Source of the DNA: a virus
Lineage: Duplodnaviria; Heunggongvirae; Uroviricota; Caudoviricetes
DNA: 5,317 nt
Reading direction: 5' to 3' (one strand)
Virus record (IMG/VR): IMGVR_UViG_2684622619_000018
Positions 5,203-5,317 of the stretch are shown here, one piece after another; position 1 is the first letter of the stretch; every line of letters starts with the position of its first letter. A program made the translations under genes and the position numbers. The notes under the pieces were generated by a model that was given only the letters and a program-made list of their open reading frames with translations, was not told the DNA's origin and made no database searches.

Positions 5203-5317
5203 GGCTTACCCCCTTGCTGACTGGTTTTACCTGTGCCCTGACGTGCTGCACGTGACGGGCAAATTTCTGCTCCCACTGAACCTGCGTGAAAACCTTCCCC
5301 TCCGCCATCCAGTAATC
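4994..5317 (-). CDS. 3' part of the upstream replication-module gene (lambda O-like position), 5' end beyond the window; its true stop is uncertain
   Basis: This frame is open from the window edge to TGA at 4994 and shows the same G-rich third-position codon style between 5317 and about 5205. Below 5202 that style moves to the P-like frame, so the real coding end may be near 5205 (frameshift or draft error) or at 4994 (a 208-nt out-of-frame overlap). Confidence 0.35.
   Translation of the reverse strand, partial: DYWMAEGKVFTQVQWEQKFARHVQHVRAQVKPVSKGVSHAAPGGTASRAVQEIRAAREQWERENGFISNGNGLEAVGTYGGGVFEPLDPEERGCAVEALDCSDWRDD

Noticed and set aside
1-5317. tRNA, rRNA, CRISPR array, insertion sequence or integrase
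   Set aside because: I found no T-loop motifs, no regularly spaced repeats, no terminal inverted repeats and no transposase or recombinase-sized ORF.

Overview
This window reads as the early-right arm of an enterobacterial lambdoid prophage, with every supportable gene on the minus strand (transcription runs from high to low coordinates). In transcription order: the 3' end of an upstream replication gene, a lambda P-like helicase-loader gene, a tandem winged-helix protein gene, four translationally coupled small ORFs of unknown function, a 187-aa ORFan preceded by an AT-rich dyad-rich spacer, an unannotated 34-aa membrane-peptide ORF, a structured ~240-nt leader, a HokD-type Hok/Gef toxin gene, an intrinsic terminator, a small rem-like ORF and a DUF968-like gene with an HNH-like Cys/His motif. 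The last three match the ydfU-rem-hokD arrangement I recall from E. coli K-12 prophage Qin, but relBE is absent upstream of hok. The best candidate for an undescribed system is the accessory segment at about 1314-3785: the self-contained promoter/smORF/leader/hok/terminator unit plus the coupled small-protein cassette. Everything is from reading the sequence and ORF track by eye; no searches or folding were run, and all homology statements are from memory. The sequence is draft quality (a 50-N gap at 361-410 and an N at 1468). No tRNA, rRNA, CRISPR array, IS element or integrase was seen.
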